DNA of 64,000 nt from Myxococcales bacterium (GCA_047601445.1 JASGJH010000001.1:9216001-9280000), one strand, 5' to 3'. Positions 51,337 to 60,540 are shown, counted from the first letter of the stretch. The notes: generated by a model not told the origin, from the letters alone. Numbers and translations are program-made.

Positions 51337-52347
51337 ATGACCCGAAACGAGCTTCGATTCACGCGCTTTGGCCAGCTGATGATGGGCTTGAGCGCGCTCG
51401 CGCTGGGCGCCTGCAGCGAGCCTCCCGCCGCCCAGGAGCCCGCGCCGCCCGCCCCCGCGATGGCGACTCCCAGCGCCAACGCCCAGCCTCAGGTGGAAGC
51501 GCCTACGCCGAATGCCGTCCCCGCGCCGAGCGCTGTTCCTGCGGTCGATGCCGGCGCGCACCGCGCCGCCACGGGTAGCGCCCCCAGTTCCGCAGACACG
51601 GCTACACCTGCGGCCCAGCCCACAGAGCCCACACCTCACGCGGCAGGCACGGCGCGGCACCCTCACAAGGCGGAACCCAGTGCCGTTCCCGCGAGCGCAC
51701 CTCCTGCGCCGCCCCAGGCCGTCGTGTCCGCGTCCGCGAGCTACCAGGTCGAGGGGAGCGGGCGTGTCTCGTTCTTGATCGACGCGCCGCTCGAGAAGAT
51801 CAAGGGCAACTGGTCGCGCACGGGCGGGCAGCTCAAGGTCGATCCGGCGAAGCTCGACCAAACCCGCGGCGAGGTCAGCATGGATTTGTCGACGCTCAAG
51901 ATCACTACCTTCTCGGACCCGAATCAGAACGCCACCCAGGCGGGTCACGCCTTGAACTGGCTGGAGACCGGCGACGAGGTTGCGCCCGAGGCACGCGCTC
52001 GTTTTCGGCAGGCCGTGTTCCGCATCGAGAAGATCGTCAGTGCGCAGCCGACGGCCTTCGCCGAGGGCGCGACCCAGTGCAACGCCGTGGTCGAAGGTGA
52101 CATGACCTTGCACGGCATCACCAGCCATCATCAGGTAGAAGTCTCGATCAGCGCCGAGGGCGACCCCAAGGCTCCGAGCGCCTTGCGGGTGACCAGCACC
52201 AAGCCGGTGCGCCTGTCGCTCAAGACCCACGACGTGAAGCCGCGCGATCTGGCGGGGCGTTTCTTGGCTGGAGCGCTCGAGCAAGTGGGTCAGAAGATCA
52301 GCGATGCCGTGCAGGTGTCCATCGACTTCAGGCTCGTGCGGCAGTGA
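51337..52347 (+). CDS. YceI-like domain lipoprotein
   Basis: GAGGAG RBS, lipobox LGAC, Pro/Ala linker, FLIDAPLEKIKG...EGDMTLHGIT YceI-like barrel. Confidence 0.8.
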   Translation: MTRNELRFTRFGQLMMGLSALALGACSEPPAAQEPAPPAPAMATPSANAQPQVEAPTPNAVPAPSAVPAVDAGAHRAATGSAPSSADTATPAAQPTEPTPHAAGTARHPHKAEPSAVPASAPPAPPQAVVSASASYQVEGSGRVSFLIDAPLEKIKGNWSRTGGQLKVDPAKLDQTRGEVSMDLSTLKITTFSDPNQNATQAGHALNWLETGDEVAPEARARFRQAVFRIEKIVSAQPTAFAEGATQCNAVVEGDMTLHGITSHHQVEVSISAEGDPKAPSALRVTSTKPVRLSLKTHDVKPRDLAGRFLAGALEQVGQKISDAVQVSIDFRLVRQ

Positions 52348-52399
52348 TTCTGCAGGAGCTGTCGCTGCTTGGGCTTCCCTCGAATCCGTTGACACTTGC

Positions 52400-53275
52400 T
52401 TAGGCGGCCTGAGCCGCAGTGTAATCGTTCTCGAACTCGGCTGGGGTCCGATACCCCAGTGACGAATGTAGCCTCCGCCGATTGTAGAAGACCTCGATGT
52501 ACTCGAAGACTGCGGACCGGAGCTCAAGGCGTCCGGCCCAACGTCGGCCGTGAATTAGCTCGGCCTTGATGGTCGAAAAGAAGCTCTCCGCGACCGCGTT
52601 ATCCCAGCAGTTGCCCTTGCGGCTCATGCTGACCGAGAGCCCGTGCTGGGCGAGCGATGAGCGGTATTCCTGACTCGTGTACTGGCAGCCCCGGTCAGAG
52701 TGGTGGAGCAGGCCTGCTGCGTCGGGACGACGGCGCCGAAGCGCCATGTCCAGCGCTGCGAGGGGCAGCTGGGTCGAGAGCATGGCGTCCAGAGCCCAGC
52801 CCACGACGGTCCTGGAAAACAGGTCGATGATGACAGCGAGGTAGCACCAGCCCTCGTCGGTCCAGACGTACGAGATGTCCGTCACCCAGCGCTGATTGGG
52901 ACGTTCGGCGCGGAACTCGCGGTTGAGCACGTTAGGCTCGACTGGATGCCGCGGATTTGCAGCGGTGGTCACACGGAACCGGCGACGAGGCCGGGCGCAG
53001 AGCCCCAAGCTCCGCATGGCGCGCTCCACCCGGCGTTTGCCGACCCGAATGCCACGACGTCGGAGTTCCTTTCGAACTCGCGGACTTCCGTAGGCGTTGC
53101 GGCTCTCCGCGTGCACCTGGCCGACCCGTTCCAAGAGGGCCCGGTCCTGGTCCGCACGGGGACTCGGCGGGCGACTCGCGAACGCGTAGTACCCCTGCCG
53201 GGTCACCTGCAGGTTCCGGCACAGCGCTGACACCGGGAAGTTCGCCTTCTCCGCGTGGATGAAGGCGAACCTCAT
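52400..53275 (-). CDS. IS3-family transposase OrfB (DDE integrase core)
   Basis: YGSPR, WVTDISY, DLFSR, HHSDRGCQY, GNCWDNAVAESFF, YNRRRLHSSLGY. Confidence 0.96.
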   Translation of the reverse strand: MRFAFIHAEKANFPVSALCRNLQVTRQGYYAFASRPPSPRADQDRALLERVGQVHAESRNAYGSPRVRKELRRRGIRVGKRRVERAMRSLGLCARPRRRFRVTTAANPRHPVEPNVLNREFRAERPNQRWVTDISYVWTDEGWCYLAVIIDLFSRTVVGWALDAMLSTQLPLAALDMALRRRRPDAAGLLHHSDRGCQYTSQEYRSSLAQHGLSVSMSRKGNCWDNAVAESFFSTIKAELIHGRRWAGRLELRSAVFEYIEVFYNRRRLHSSLGYRTPAEFENDYTAAQAA

Positions 53276-53610
53276 TCGCTTTCCTTCGCGAAGAAGGCTG
53301 CCGCTTTTTTTAGGATTTCGCGGTCCATTTCGAGCGACTCCACCTTCTTGCGTAACCGCTCGTTCTCCCGCTCCAGCCGGGCCGCCTTCTCCTCTGCCGT
53401 TTCAGCAGCAGGTACCGGAGCGACCGGTACCCCCGGCTTCCGCTTGCTCTTCTTGGCCATCTCGTCTCTGTTGTACCACTCCCGCAAGGTCCAGCTGCTG
53501 ATGCCTAAATCCACGGACAACTGGGCAAAACTGCGGTCGTCCCGCTTCATCAGCGCGATCGTCTCTGCCTTGAACTCATCGGTGTACTTGTTGTGCTTCC
53601 GAACACGCAT
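53272..53610 (-). CDS. IS3-family transposase OrfA (HTH plus leucine zipper)
   Basis: KYTDEFKAETI, LGISSWTLREW, LERENERLR, EILKKAAAFFAKE; GGAG RBS. Confidence 0.94.
   Translation of the reverse strand: MRVRKHNKYTDEFKAETIALMKRDDRSFAQLSVDLGISSWTLREWYNRDEMAKKSKRKPGVPVAPVPAAETAEEKAARLERENERLRKKVESLEMDREILKKAAAFFAKESE
53304..53311 (-). other. Slippery A7G site for programmed -1 frameshift (OrfAB)
   Basis: Minus strand CTAAAAAAAGCG at the end of orfA, typical of IS3-family elements. Confidence 0.75.
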
Positions 53611-53703
53611 CAGTTTCTCCTGCGTGTCAACGGAACTGGGGGAGCTTCAGCTTGCGTTCGCTCCCTCTCGCTCGACCCTCGCCTTTTCGCCCGCCCCCCT
53701 GAT

Positions 53704-53974
53704 GCGCTCCCTGGTCTGGGCCGGCGCTGCGGGGGCGCCGGGGCGTTGTGGCTGCGAGAGGGCGCCTTGTCGGTCGGGGTTGCGGTGGTGCGTTTGGTCG
53801 GTGGCGTCTGAGATGCCGGCGCACCTGTGAGGACGCATGCTCGACAAAGCGCGCGCTCCCTCCGCCACAACGCCCCGGCGCCTCCTCGCGCGACCTCAGT
53901 TCGCGGGAGCGAACTGAGGCGGGCGGGCGGTGAGAAGCGTTGGGCGCGTTCGGTTGAGCGAACGCAAGGAAGCG
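53704..53974 (+). repeat. Structured dispersed repeat, copy 3
   Basis: GCGCTCCCTGGTCTGGGCCGGCGCTGCGGGGGCGCC...CGACAAAGCGC...CCTCAGTTCGC-GGGA-GCGAACTGAGG...GAGCGAACGCAAGGAAG. Confidence 0.85.
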
Positions 53975-54142
53975 TGCGCTTGGGTCGTTGAGATCACGTG
54001 ACCGCATTCGCGTTTGTTGTTTTCTCGAGTAACCCTTGCGAGCCCTCGTGACCTTTTATGCCCACAGCCCGAGCGAGCCAGTTCGAGCACTGGGCGCGGC
54101 ACAGGGTCGCCGTCTGCCCGTCGTGAGCAGGACAGGCGCGCT

Positions 54143-55796
54143 TCAGTTCACGCTGGCGTAGATGCCGCGCCAGAAGGCGCACTCGTCCTTGCGGAAGCTC
54201 TGCAGCAGCTCGAAGCCTGGGTCGAGCTGCAGGCGCAGGTCGTCGTCGTTCGCGTCGGGTTCGAAGCGAGGCCACACTGCCGGCGCACCCGGATAGTTGG
54301 GATCGCCCGTGCGGGCAAACTGGGCCCAATAGGAGTTCATGGCGTCGCTGACCTGGGTGCTGGCCTGATTGGCGCTGTACGGCGCGCCGAACACATGGCT
54401 GATCTCGGAGGCGTGGGCGGCACCGAGGGCGCCGAAGGCCACGGTCCACGGAATGTTGAAGTTGTACATGAACACGGGGAGGCCCGCCTTGGCGGCCCGC
54501 CGCGCGGAGTCGTGTGTGCCGCAACCCAGACCGGCGTCACCCACCACGCGCGCCAACGCGGCCTTGTAGTCGCCGCCGAACTTGCTCGCCGGGTAGAGTG
54601 CCGCGATGGTCTCCGCGCGCTCGCCGTAGCCCATGCGCAGCGCGTCCAGGTACTCCTCCTGATTCGACGCGGTGCTGCCCAACACGAAGAGCGTGCCCTC
54701 GTCGCTGTTGGTGCCGAGCAAATAGGGGACGTGGTTGATCTGTCCGTTCGCGAAGGCGTCGGCTGCGGAGCTAGGCAGAAAGCCGCCTTCACCGTCGACC
54801 ACCACGCCGAATCTCCAGGCTGGCCGATTGAAATAGCCGCCGCTCGGGTCGGGCTGCATGCCCTGCGCGAGTAGCTCGCTCACGCTCTTGCTGCGTAGGC
54901 ACGGGAGCACGTCGCCCGCGCTGCAGCCGAGGGCCGCCGCGTAGGCTTGCATGCTGCCTGCCACCTCCTGCGCCGTGAGGTCGCGCTCGCCCGTGGGCCC
55001 TGCGGTGCAACCGCCGCTCTCGCTGATGGCGCGCTGGAACAGCCCGGCATCGCGTGGCGAGACTACGTGGTAGCAAACGTCGGCGGAGCCCGCGGATTCG
55101 CCGAAGATGGTCACGTTCCCGGGGTCGCCTCCGAAGGCCGCGATGTTCTCCTGGACCCATTTCAGCACTGCGCTCTGGTCGAGCAGTCCTTGATTGCCGA
55201 GCGGGGAACCTTCCTTGGCCAGGGCGTCGTGCGCGAAGAAGCCGAACGGACCCAGCCGATAGTTGAAGCTCACGAGCACCACACCTTGGCGGCCCGCGAA
55301 GAACTGTCCGTCGTAGAAGAGTGGGGCGCTATCGCCTCCCAGCTGGAGCGGGATTCTTGTCGCCCGCGGAGCCCGCGAAGTTTCCACCGCCGTGGATCCA
55401 CACCATCACGGGGGCCTTGCTCGGTGCCGGGTTGGGCGCCCACACGTTCAGGTACAAGCAGTCTTCTTCGCTGCTGGCGGGCCCCTGTGAGTTCGCGAGC
55501 TGAGGACAAGCGGCCGCGAAGGCTTGCTCGTGACGCACGCCCGACCAGGGCGCGTTCGGCTCGGGGGCCTTCCAACGCAGCTCACCCACCGGAGGCTTGG
55601 CGTAGGGGATCTTCAAGAAACGCACGCTCGATCCCACGACGTCGCCTTGTACGCGGCCATCGGCCACGCTGGCGATCAGATCAGCGCCGAACGGCTCGAG
55701 AGGACGGCCGGCTTGGTCGTCGCTCGGTCCGTCACCGCAGGCGCTCACGGGAAGGAAAAGGCTGGAGAGGAGGAGACCCAGTGGCCAACGCGTCAT
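54143..55796 (-). pseudogene. Type-B carboxylesterase lipoprotein with +1 frameshift (probably a sequencing error)
   Basis: IPYAKPPVGELRW, SEEDCLYLNVW, WIHGGG in one frame; NYRLG, FGESAG, HASE, FARTGDPN in the next; repaired at GATTCT 55352-55357. Confidence 0.9.
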
Positions 55797-55894
55797 CGAG
55801 GGACGCTAACAAGCGCTCCGTGCTGCGCCAGTTGCTCACGTTGCCAAGTTCTTGCCCGAGTGCGTCACGCAGCGCGCGCGTCCCTGCATTGACT

Positions 55895-56536
55895 TCACGG
55901 ACCTGCGTCGGCTGCGCCACCGCCGCCCAGCAGGCCACCGCCACCGAGGAGACCGCCGCCGCCGAGCAGGCCGCCCGTGCCGCCACCGAGCAGACCGCCC
56001 GTGCCGCCACCGAGCAGACCGCCCGTGCCGCCACCGCCGCCGGGCAAGCCACCGCCACCGAGCAGACCTCCGGCGCCGCCACCCCCGCCGCCGGGCAAGC
56101 CACCGCCACCGAGCAGACCTCCGGCGCCGCCACCGGCGGGGAGGCCACCACCGGCGGGGAGGCCACCACCGGCGGGAAGGCCACCACCACCACCGGGCGT
56201 GCCTCCCGTGCCAGCATCGGCGTCGCCGTCGCCGTCGCCGTCGCCATCGCCATCGCCATCGCCATCGCCATCGCCATCACCGTCACCGGTGTCGCCATCG
56301 CCGTCGCCGTCCCCGTCGCCATCCCCGTCGCCACCGCCGGTATCGCCGTCGCCGTCGCCATCGCCGTCGCCATCACCATCACCATCACCATCGCCATCAC
56401 CGTCGCCGGAGGCGTTGCCGTAGTCGCCGTCGACGGGTGGAAGGGCGGGAGCCCCGTCACCGCATGCGGCAGCGACGCCGAGTCCCGTGAGGCCCAATAC
56501 GATCAAGACGTACTTAAGAGAAGGAGTGGCAGCCAT
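55895..56536 (-). CDS. Gly-rich low-complexity lipoprotein: (GD)n followed by GGLP/GGLLGG repeats
   Basis: GGAGG RBS, lipobox AAAC, long GD tract, GGGLPA and GGLLGGG repeats. Confidence 0.72.
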   Translation of the reverse strand: MAATPSLKYVLIVLGLTGLGVAAACGDGAPALPPVDGDYGNASGDGDGDGDGDGDGDGDGDGDGDTGGGDGDGDGDGDGDGDTGDGDGDGDGDGDGDGDGDGDGDADAGTGGTPGGGGGLPAGGGLPAGGGLPAGGGAGGLLGGGGLPGGGGGGAGGLLGGGGLPGGGGGTGGLLGGGTGGLLGGGTGGLLGGGGLLGGGGLLGGGGAADAGP

Positions 56537-56725
56537 GACATCCTCCGAGCGAAGCGTTCGACACGTTGTCGTCGCCGATCGAGTGGACGCTAAGATAACG
56601 GACGCGTCGTTTCGCGATCACGGGCTCGCATTGACCGTAGGCGAGCGACTGCTGACCGCCGGCGACCGCGGTTGGTTCACAAAGTGAACGCCACTGAAAG
56701 CGCGAGCTTTACGGACAAATTGCCG

Positions 56726-57280
56726 ATGAATTCGAGTGCCTCGCATCACCAATCTGCTCCGCCTCCCGCGCCCTCGTGGAAGCGCTCCTTGATCACGGCG
56801 CTCTGCCTCTTTCACATGGCCGCCGTGGTCGTCTTCAACCTGCCTCAGAACACGGCTCTCGGAGATCTGCGGGCACCACTGCACTGGTATGCGCGCTTGT
56901 CCTGGCTCAACCAAGAGTGGGCGATGTTCACGACCATCCCGCACTACGTGGCGATCCATCCGGTGCTGGTGGCGAAGTACAACGACAGCGGCGAAGCTGT
57001 GTATGGGCCCATACTTCCCGGACTGAAGCCCTATCCAAACGATCTGCGCTCGGTCTACCTCATCTTGCACACGCTCTGGGCCAGCGGCGAGTATCGAGCC
57101 CTGGCCGAGGGCTATCTGCGCAACGCCTGCGCAGTCATCGCGCGACAGAGCGGAAAGAAACCGCACTCGGTCCGGCTCCACGTCGATGCCCAAGTGCTTG
57201 CACCCCTGGCGCAGGTGCGAGCGACCCGCTCCCTGGGCCGTCCCCAGCAGCAGTCAAGCAAGGCTTTCCGATGTCGCTGA
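56726..57280 (+). CDS. Membrane-anchored partner of the HTTM protein (SdpA/DUF5819-like)
   Basis: N-terminal TM ...CLFHMAAVVVFNLP, QEWAMF motif, overlaps the HTTM gene start. Confidence 0.65.
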   Translation: MNSSASHHQSAPPPAPSWKRSLITALCLFHMAAVVVFNLPQNTALGDLRAPLHWYARLSWLNQEWAMFTTIPHYVAIHPVLVAKYNDSGEAVYGPILPGLKPYPNDLRSVYLILHTLWASGEYRALAEGYLRNACAVIARQSGKKPHSVRLHVDAQVLAPLAQVRATRSLGRPQQQSSKAFRCR

Positions 57281-58155
57281 CCCGGCGCTCGCAGGCGGTC
57301 TGGCTGCGCGTGGTGGACTGGTTCTTCGAGCCGGTCGACGCGCGGGTCCACGCCTGCGTGAGGATCGCCTATGCCCTGACCTGCCTGGTGATCCTGGTGG
57401 AGCTCTGGCCCGAGCGTATGGCCTATCTGAGCGATCAGGGGAGTCTCGTCCCGATCGCGGCGCCCCTCGTCAGCCCGCTCGCGTGGAGCCGCTCGCCGCT
57501 CGTAGTGAACTTCTCGCTCGCTACCGCGCTTGCGGCGGCCCTGGCGCTCCTGCTCGGTGTGGCCAAGCGCGTGTCCACGCTGCTGTTGTTCGTGTGGCAC
57601 GTGGCCTTCATGGGCGCCGCCTACATGGTGATGAGTGGCTTCGACATGGTGGTTCGGCTGGTGGGCTTCGTGCTGCTCTTCGCTCCTCATCACGACGCCT
57701 TCAGCCTACTGCCCCGCCGTTCCGCGCTCCCCGAGCAGCTACCTTCCTACGTGCTGCGCCTGATCCAATTTCAGACCGCCGTCATGTATTGGGCCACCAT
57801 TTGGCTCAAGGCTCCCGACCCCTACTGGCGCAACGGCGAGCTGATGGCGTATTTCCACATGTCGTTCTTCGCGCGCTTTCCCACGCCGCTCGCGGCGGAC
57901 TATGCCGGGCTCTCCGTGATCATGACGTGGAGCGTGATCGCGCTCGAGGTCGCCCTGCCGCTGCTACTCTTCGGACGCAACACGCGCCGCGTGGGCATCG
58001 TGCTCGGGCTCGCGCTCCACGCCGGCATCGCCGTGACCAGTCGGCTCTCGGTGTTCTCGCTCGCGATGACGCCCCTCTACGCCGCGTTCCTGCAGGGCTC
58101 CGACTTCGACTGGCTGAAGAGCCTCTGGCGCAAGCGCGACGCGACGACTGTCTGA
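57271..58155 (+). CDS. HTTM-domain membrane protein (SdpB/gamma-carboxylase N-domain-like)
   Basis: WFFEPVD...RI, SGFD, AFSL, LRLIQFQTAVMY..T..LK..DPYWRNGE, ALE..LP, LHAGIA. Confidence 0.85.
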   Translation: MSLTRRSQAVWLRVVDWFFEPVDARVHACVRIAYALTCLVILVELWPERMAYLSDQGSLVPIAAPLVSPLAWSRSPLVVNFSLATALAAALALLLGVAKRVSTLLLFVWHVAFMGAAYMVMSGFDMVVRLVGFVLLFAPHHDAFSLLPRRSALPEQLPSYVLRLIQFQTAVMYWATIWLKAPDPYWRNGELMAYFHMSFFARFPTPLAADYAGLSVIMTWSVIALEVALPLLLFGRNTRRVGIVLGLALHAGIAVTSRLSVFSLAMTPLYAAFLQGSDFDWLKSLWRKRDATTV

Positions 58156-58197
58156 GCGCTCAGCCGTGCGCTATGCCCGGACGCGAGAGGAGAAACC

Positions 58198-58590
58198 ATG
58201 TCCATTCTCGATCACATCACGCTGACGGTGAGTGACTACGAGCGCGCCAAGGCGTTCTACACGCAGGCGCTCGCGCCCCTGGGGATCGGCACCGTCATGG
58301 AGTTCGGCAAGGCCTGCGGCATGGGTCGCGGCAAGCCTGACTTCTGGTTCGGCGAGGGGCCCGCGAGCTTCCAGAAGCCGGAGCAGCTGCGCCCCATCAC
58401 GCCTTCTCACGTGGCCTTCGTCGCCCGCAGCCGCGCCGAAGTGGATGCCTTCTACGAAGCCGCACTCAAGGCTGGAGGCAAGGACTTCGGGGCGCCCGGA
58501 CTGCGGCCCCACTACCACGCGAACTACTACGGCGCGTTCGTGCTCGATCCCGACGGCCACAACATCGAGGCCGTGGTCCATACGCCGTAG
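58198..58590 (+). CDS. VOC/glyoxalase family protein
   Basis: LDHITLTVSDYERAKAFY, HVAF, GAPGLRPHYH..YYGAFVLDPDGHNIEAV; GAGGAG RBS. Confidence 0.94.
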   Translation: MSILDHITLTVSDYERAKAFYTQALAPLGIGTVMEFGKACGMGRGKPDFWFGEGPASFQKPEQLRPITPSHVAFVARSRAEVDAFYEAALKAGGKDFGAPGLRPHYHANYYGAFVLDPDGHNIEAVVHTP

Positions 58591-58601
58591 GCGGCCCATC
58601 C

Positions 58602-59279
58602 TTAGCGTCGCGTGAGCCCGCGGCGCAGCGGGCAGCGCTCGGGCGCCACACTCTCTCCGCGGCGGTAGCGCTCGAGCAGCTCGCGAGAGCGTTCGGCCAG
58701 CATGCGCCGGACCTCGCGCCGCATACCTTTGATGCGCGGGATGTGCATGTCGTCGTAGCCGGTGGTGGCGTGCCGCAGCCAGGCGATGGTGGCGGCCTCG
58801 GCGCGGCGCTCGATGGGAATGCGCTTGGTGCGCGCCACCGTCCCGCTGCCCACGGGTACCGCGTGGTCCGAGATGGCTTGCGCGAGCTCCCGCGCGAGCC
58901 CCTGGTGCACGGGGGCGAAGCGCAAAAAAGTCTGCAGCGCTGCCACGAAGTCTTCGGCGTACTCCGCTTGCTCCTGTGCTCGTCGGGCCCGGCCCTGCTC
59001 CAGCTTGCGACCATAGGCTGGATCGCGGCGCTCGCGCTCGAGATCGGCACGGTGCTCCTGGATGCGTGCAGCCTCGGCGAACAACCCGAGCGAGAAGGTC
59101 TTGCGGCCGCGCTTCTCCTGCATGGTCCAGACTGGCCCGGACTTCTTCACGCGGCGGGTGAGCGCGGCGTCGCCTGGCTCGAGGTGAACCCAGCCGGCCG
59201 GCACGCTGACCACCTCGTGACCCACGCGCACCGTGCCGGCCCGTGGTCCGGGTGCTACTTCTCGGTTCTGATTCGGCAT
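58602..59279 (-). CDS. DUF2293 domain protein
   Basis: PGDAALTRRVK, FLRFAP.H, PVGSGTVART, AWLRHATTGYD. Confidence 0.8.
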   Translation of the reverse strand: MPNQNREVAPGPRAGTVRVGHEVVSVPAGWVHLEPGDAALTRRVKKSGPVWTMQEKRGRKTFSLGLFAEAARIQEHRADLERERRDPAYGRKLEQGRARRAQEQAEYAEDFVAALQTFLRFAPVHQGLARELAQAISDHAVPVGSGTVARTKRIPIERRAEAATIAWLRHATTGYDDMHIPRIKGMRREVRRMLAERSRELLERYRRGESVAPERCPLRRGLTRR

Positions 59280-59311
59280 CGAGTGGTCCCAATGGTAGCT
59301 TACGGGCGTCC

Positions 59312-59878
59312 ATGGAGAGCACCCGCTCGAAGGCCAGTGAAGCGATGGCGCGCTACGCCCAGGGCGACGCGGCAGCCTTTGCTCAGGTCTACGACGAGCT
59401 GGGGCCCAAGCTGCACGGCTACCTGCGGCGCAAGCTCAAGAACGCAGCGGCCGCCGATGACGTGCTGCAACAGGTCTTTCTCCGCATGCACCACAGCCGA
59501 AGCCGCTTCGCTCCGGGCGCGCGTGTCGAGCCATGGGCCTACGCCATCGCGCACTCGGCCGCCGTGGACTTCATTCGCAGCGAGCAGCGTCGCGCGGGCT
59601 CCGAGTTCCTCGAGGAGGCCCACGCGGACGAGCAGGTCGATCTCGACGCGAGCGTCGGGGCCGGAGAACTCTCGGATGCCTTGCGCCGCGAGCTGGCCCA
59701 GGTTTCGCCCAAGCTGCGGGAGGCCTTTCTGTTGACGCGAATCGAGGGGCTCACCCACGCCGAGGCGGCCCAGGTGTTGGGCGCCGAAGAAACGGCCACC
59801 AAGGTGCGCGCGCACCGCGCGTCGGTTTGGCTACGTGAGCGCCTCTCGCGCTTTGGGCTCACGGAGGATGGACGATGA
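59312..59878 (+). CDS. ECF sigma factor
   Basis: GDAAAFAQVY, ADDVLQQVFLR, PWAYAIA, LREAFLL...GLTHAEAAQVLG...KVRAHRA. Confidence 0.92.
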   Translation: MESTRSKASEAMARYAQGDAAAFAQVYDELGPKLHGYLRRKLKNAAAADDVLQQVFLRMHHSRSRFAPGARVEPWAYAIAHSAAVDFIRSEQRRAGSEFLEEAHADEQVDLDASVGAGELSDALRRELAQVSPKLREAFLLTRIEGLTHAEAAQVLGAEETATKVRAHRASVWLRERLSRFGLTEDGR

Positions 59879-60540
59879 GCAAACCCCTCTCGGCCTCCGA
59901 GCTGCGTGAACGCACGCTGGCCCGTGTGGCGGCGAGCCCGGCGCCCACGCGCAAGAACTGGTTGCTGGCTCAGGCCCTGTGGCTCAGCTTGGCGAGCGGC
60001 TTGTTCGTGGCCCTGGCGCTTTCGCACGGCCTCACGCCCATGTTGGAGCGCCCGCGAGCGTATGTTTGGACGGTCGGGCTCTCGTTCGCTGCCGTCGGCG
60101 TCCTCGCTGGGCAGGCGTTCGCGGCCTTCTTGGCCACGCCGCTCGGGGCTCCCAGGCGCATGGTCACTTTCCTCAAGTGGGCCACGCTGCCCTCGTTGGT
60201 CCTCGGCAGCCTTGCTGCGAATGGGCTGGCACCTGAGACCTTGACCTGGCCCGCGGCCGATCCGGTGATCCACTGCTGGTGCCCATTGGCGCTGCTTTTC
60301 AGCGGCGGCATCGTGGGAGCGCTCGCGCTTCGCACGATGCGGGGAGCCGATCCTGTCACACCGCGCGCCACGGCCCTGGCGCTCGGGACCCTGGTGGGCG
60401 TGCTCGCGGCCCTCGCGGTGTCGCTGCACTGTGAGTTCGCGGACCCGATCCATGTCCTGACGACCCATGTGTTGCCCGTGGGGCTGCTGATGGCGGGCAT
60501 GGCCCGCTGGGGGGCGCGCACGTTGAAGGGCCCGCCCTGA
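59875..60540 (+). CDS. NrsF/DUF1109-like membrane anti-sigma factor
   Basis: ATGA overlap with the sigma gene; multiple TMs; SLHC...HV..TH. Confidence 0.8.
   Translation: MSKPLSASELRERTLARVAASPAPTRKNWLLAQALWLSLASGLFVALALSHGLTPMLERPRAYVWTVGLSFAAVGVLAGQAFAAFLATPLGAPRRMVTFLKWATLPSLVLGSLAANGLAPETLTWPAADPVIHCWCPLALLFSGGIVGALALRTMRGADPVTPRATALALGTLVGVLAALAVSLHCEFADPIHVLTTHVLPVGLLMAGMARWGARTLKGPP

Larger units (their letters stand above)
52370..53649 (-). mobile_element. IS3-family insertion sequence, 1280 bp, apparently intact
   Basis: TG...CA ends; 26-bp imperfect IRs sharing TCCGTTGACAC; GCT direct repeat at 52367-52369 and 53650-53652; orfA/orfB. Confidence 0.93.

Noticed and set aside
54947..56593. 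Plus-strand ORFs with QTARAATE, His/Arg or Pro/Ser repeats
   Set aside because: Shadow frames of the minus-strand Gly/Asp lipoprotein and esterase, which have lipobox, RBS and family motifs
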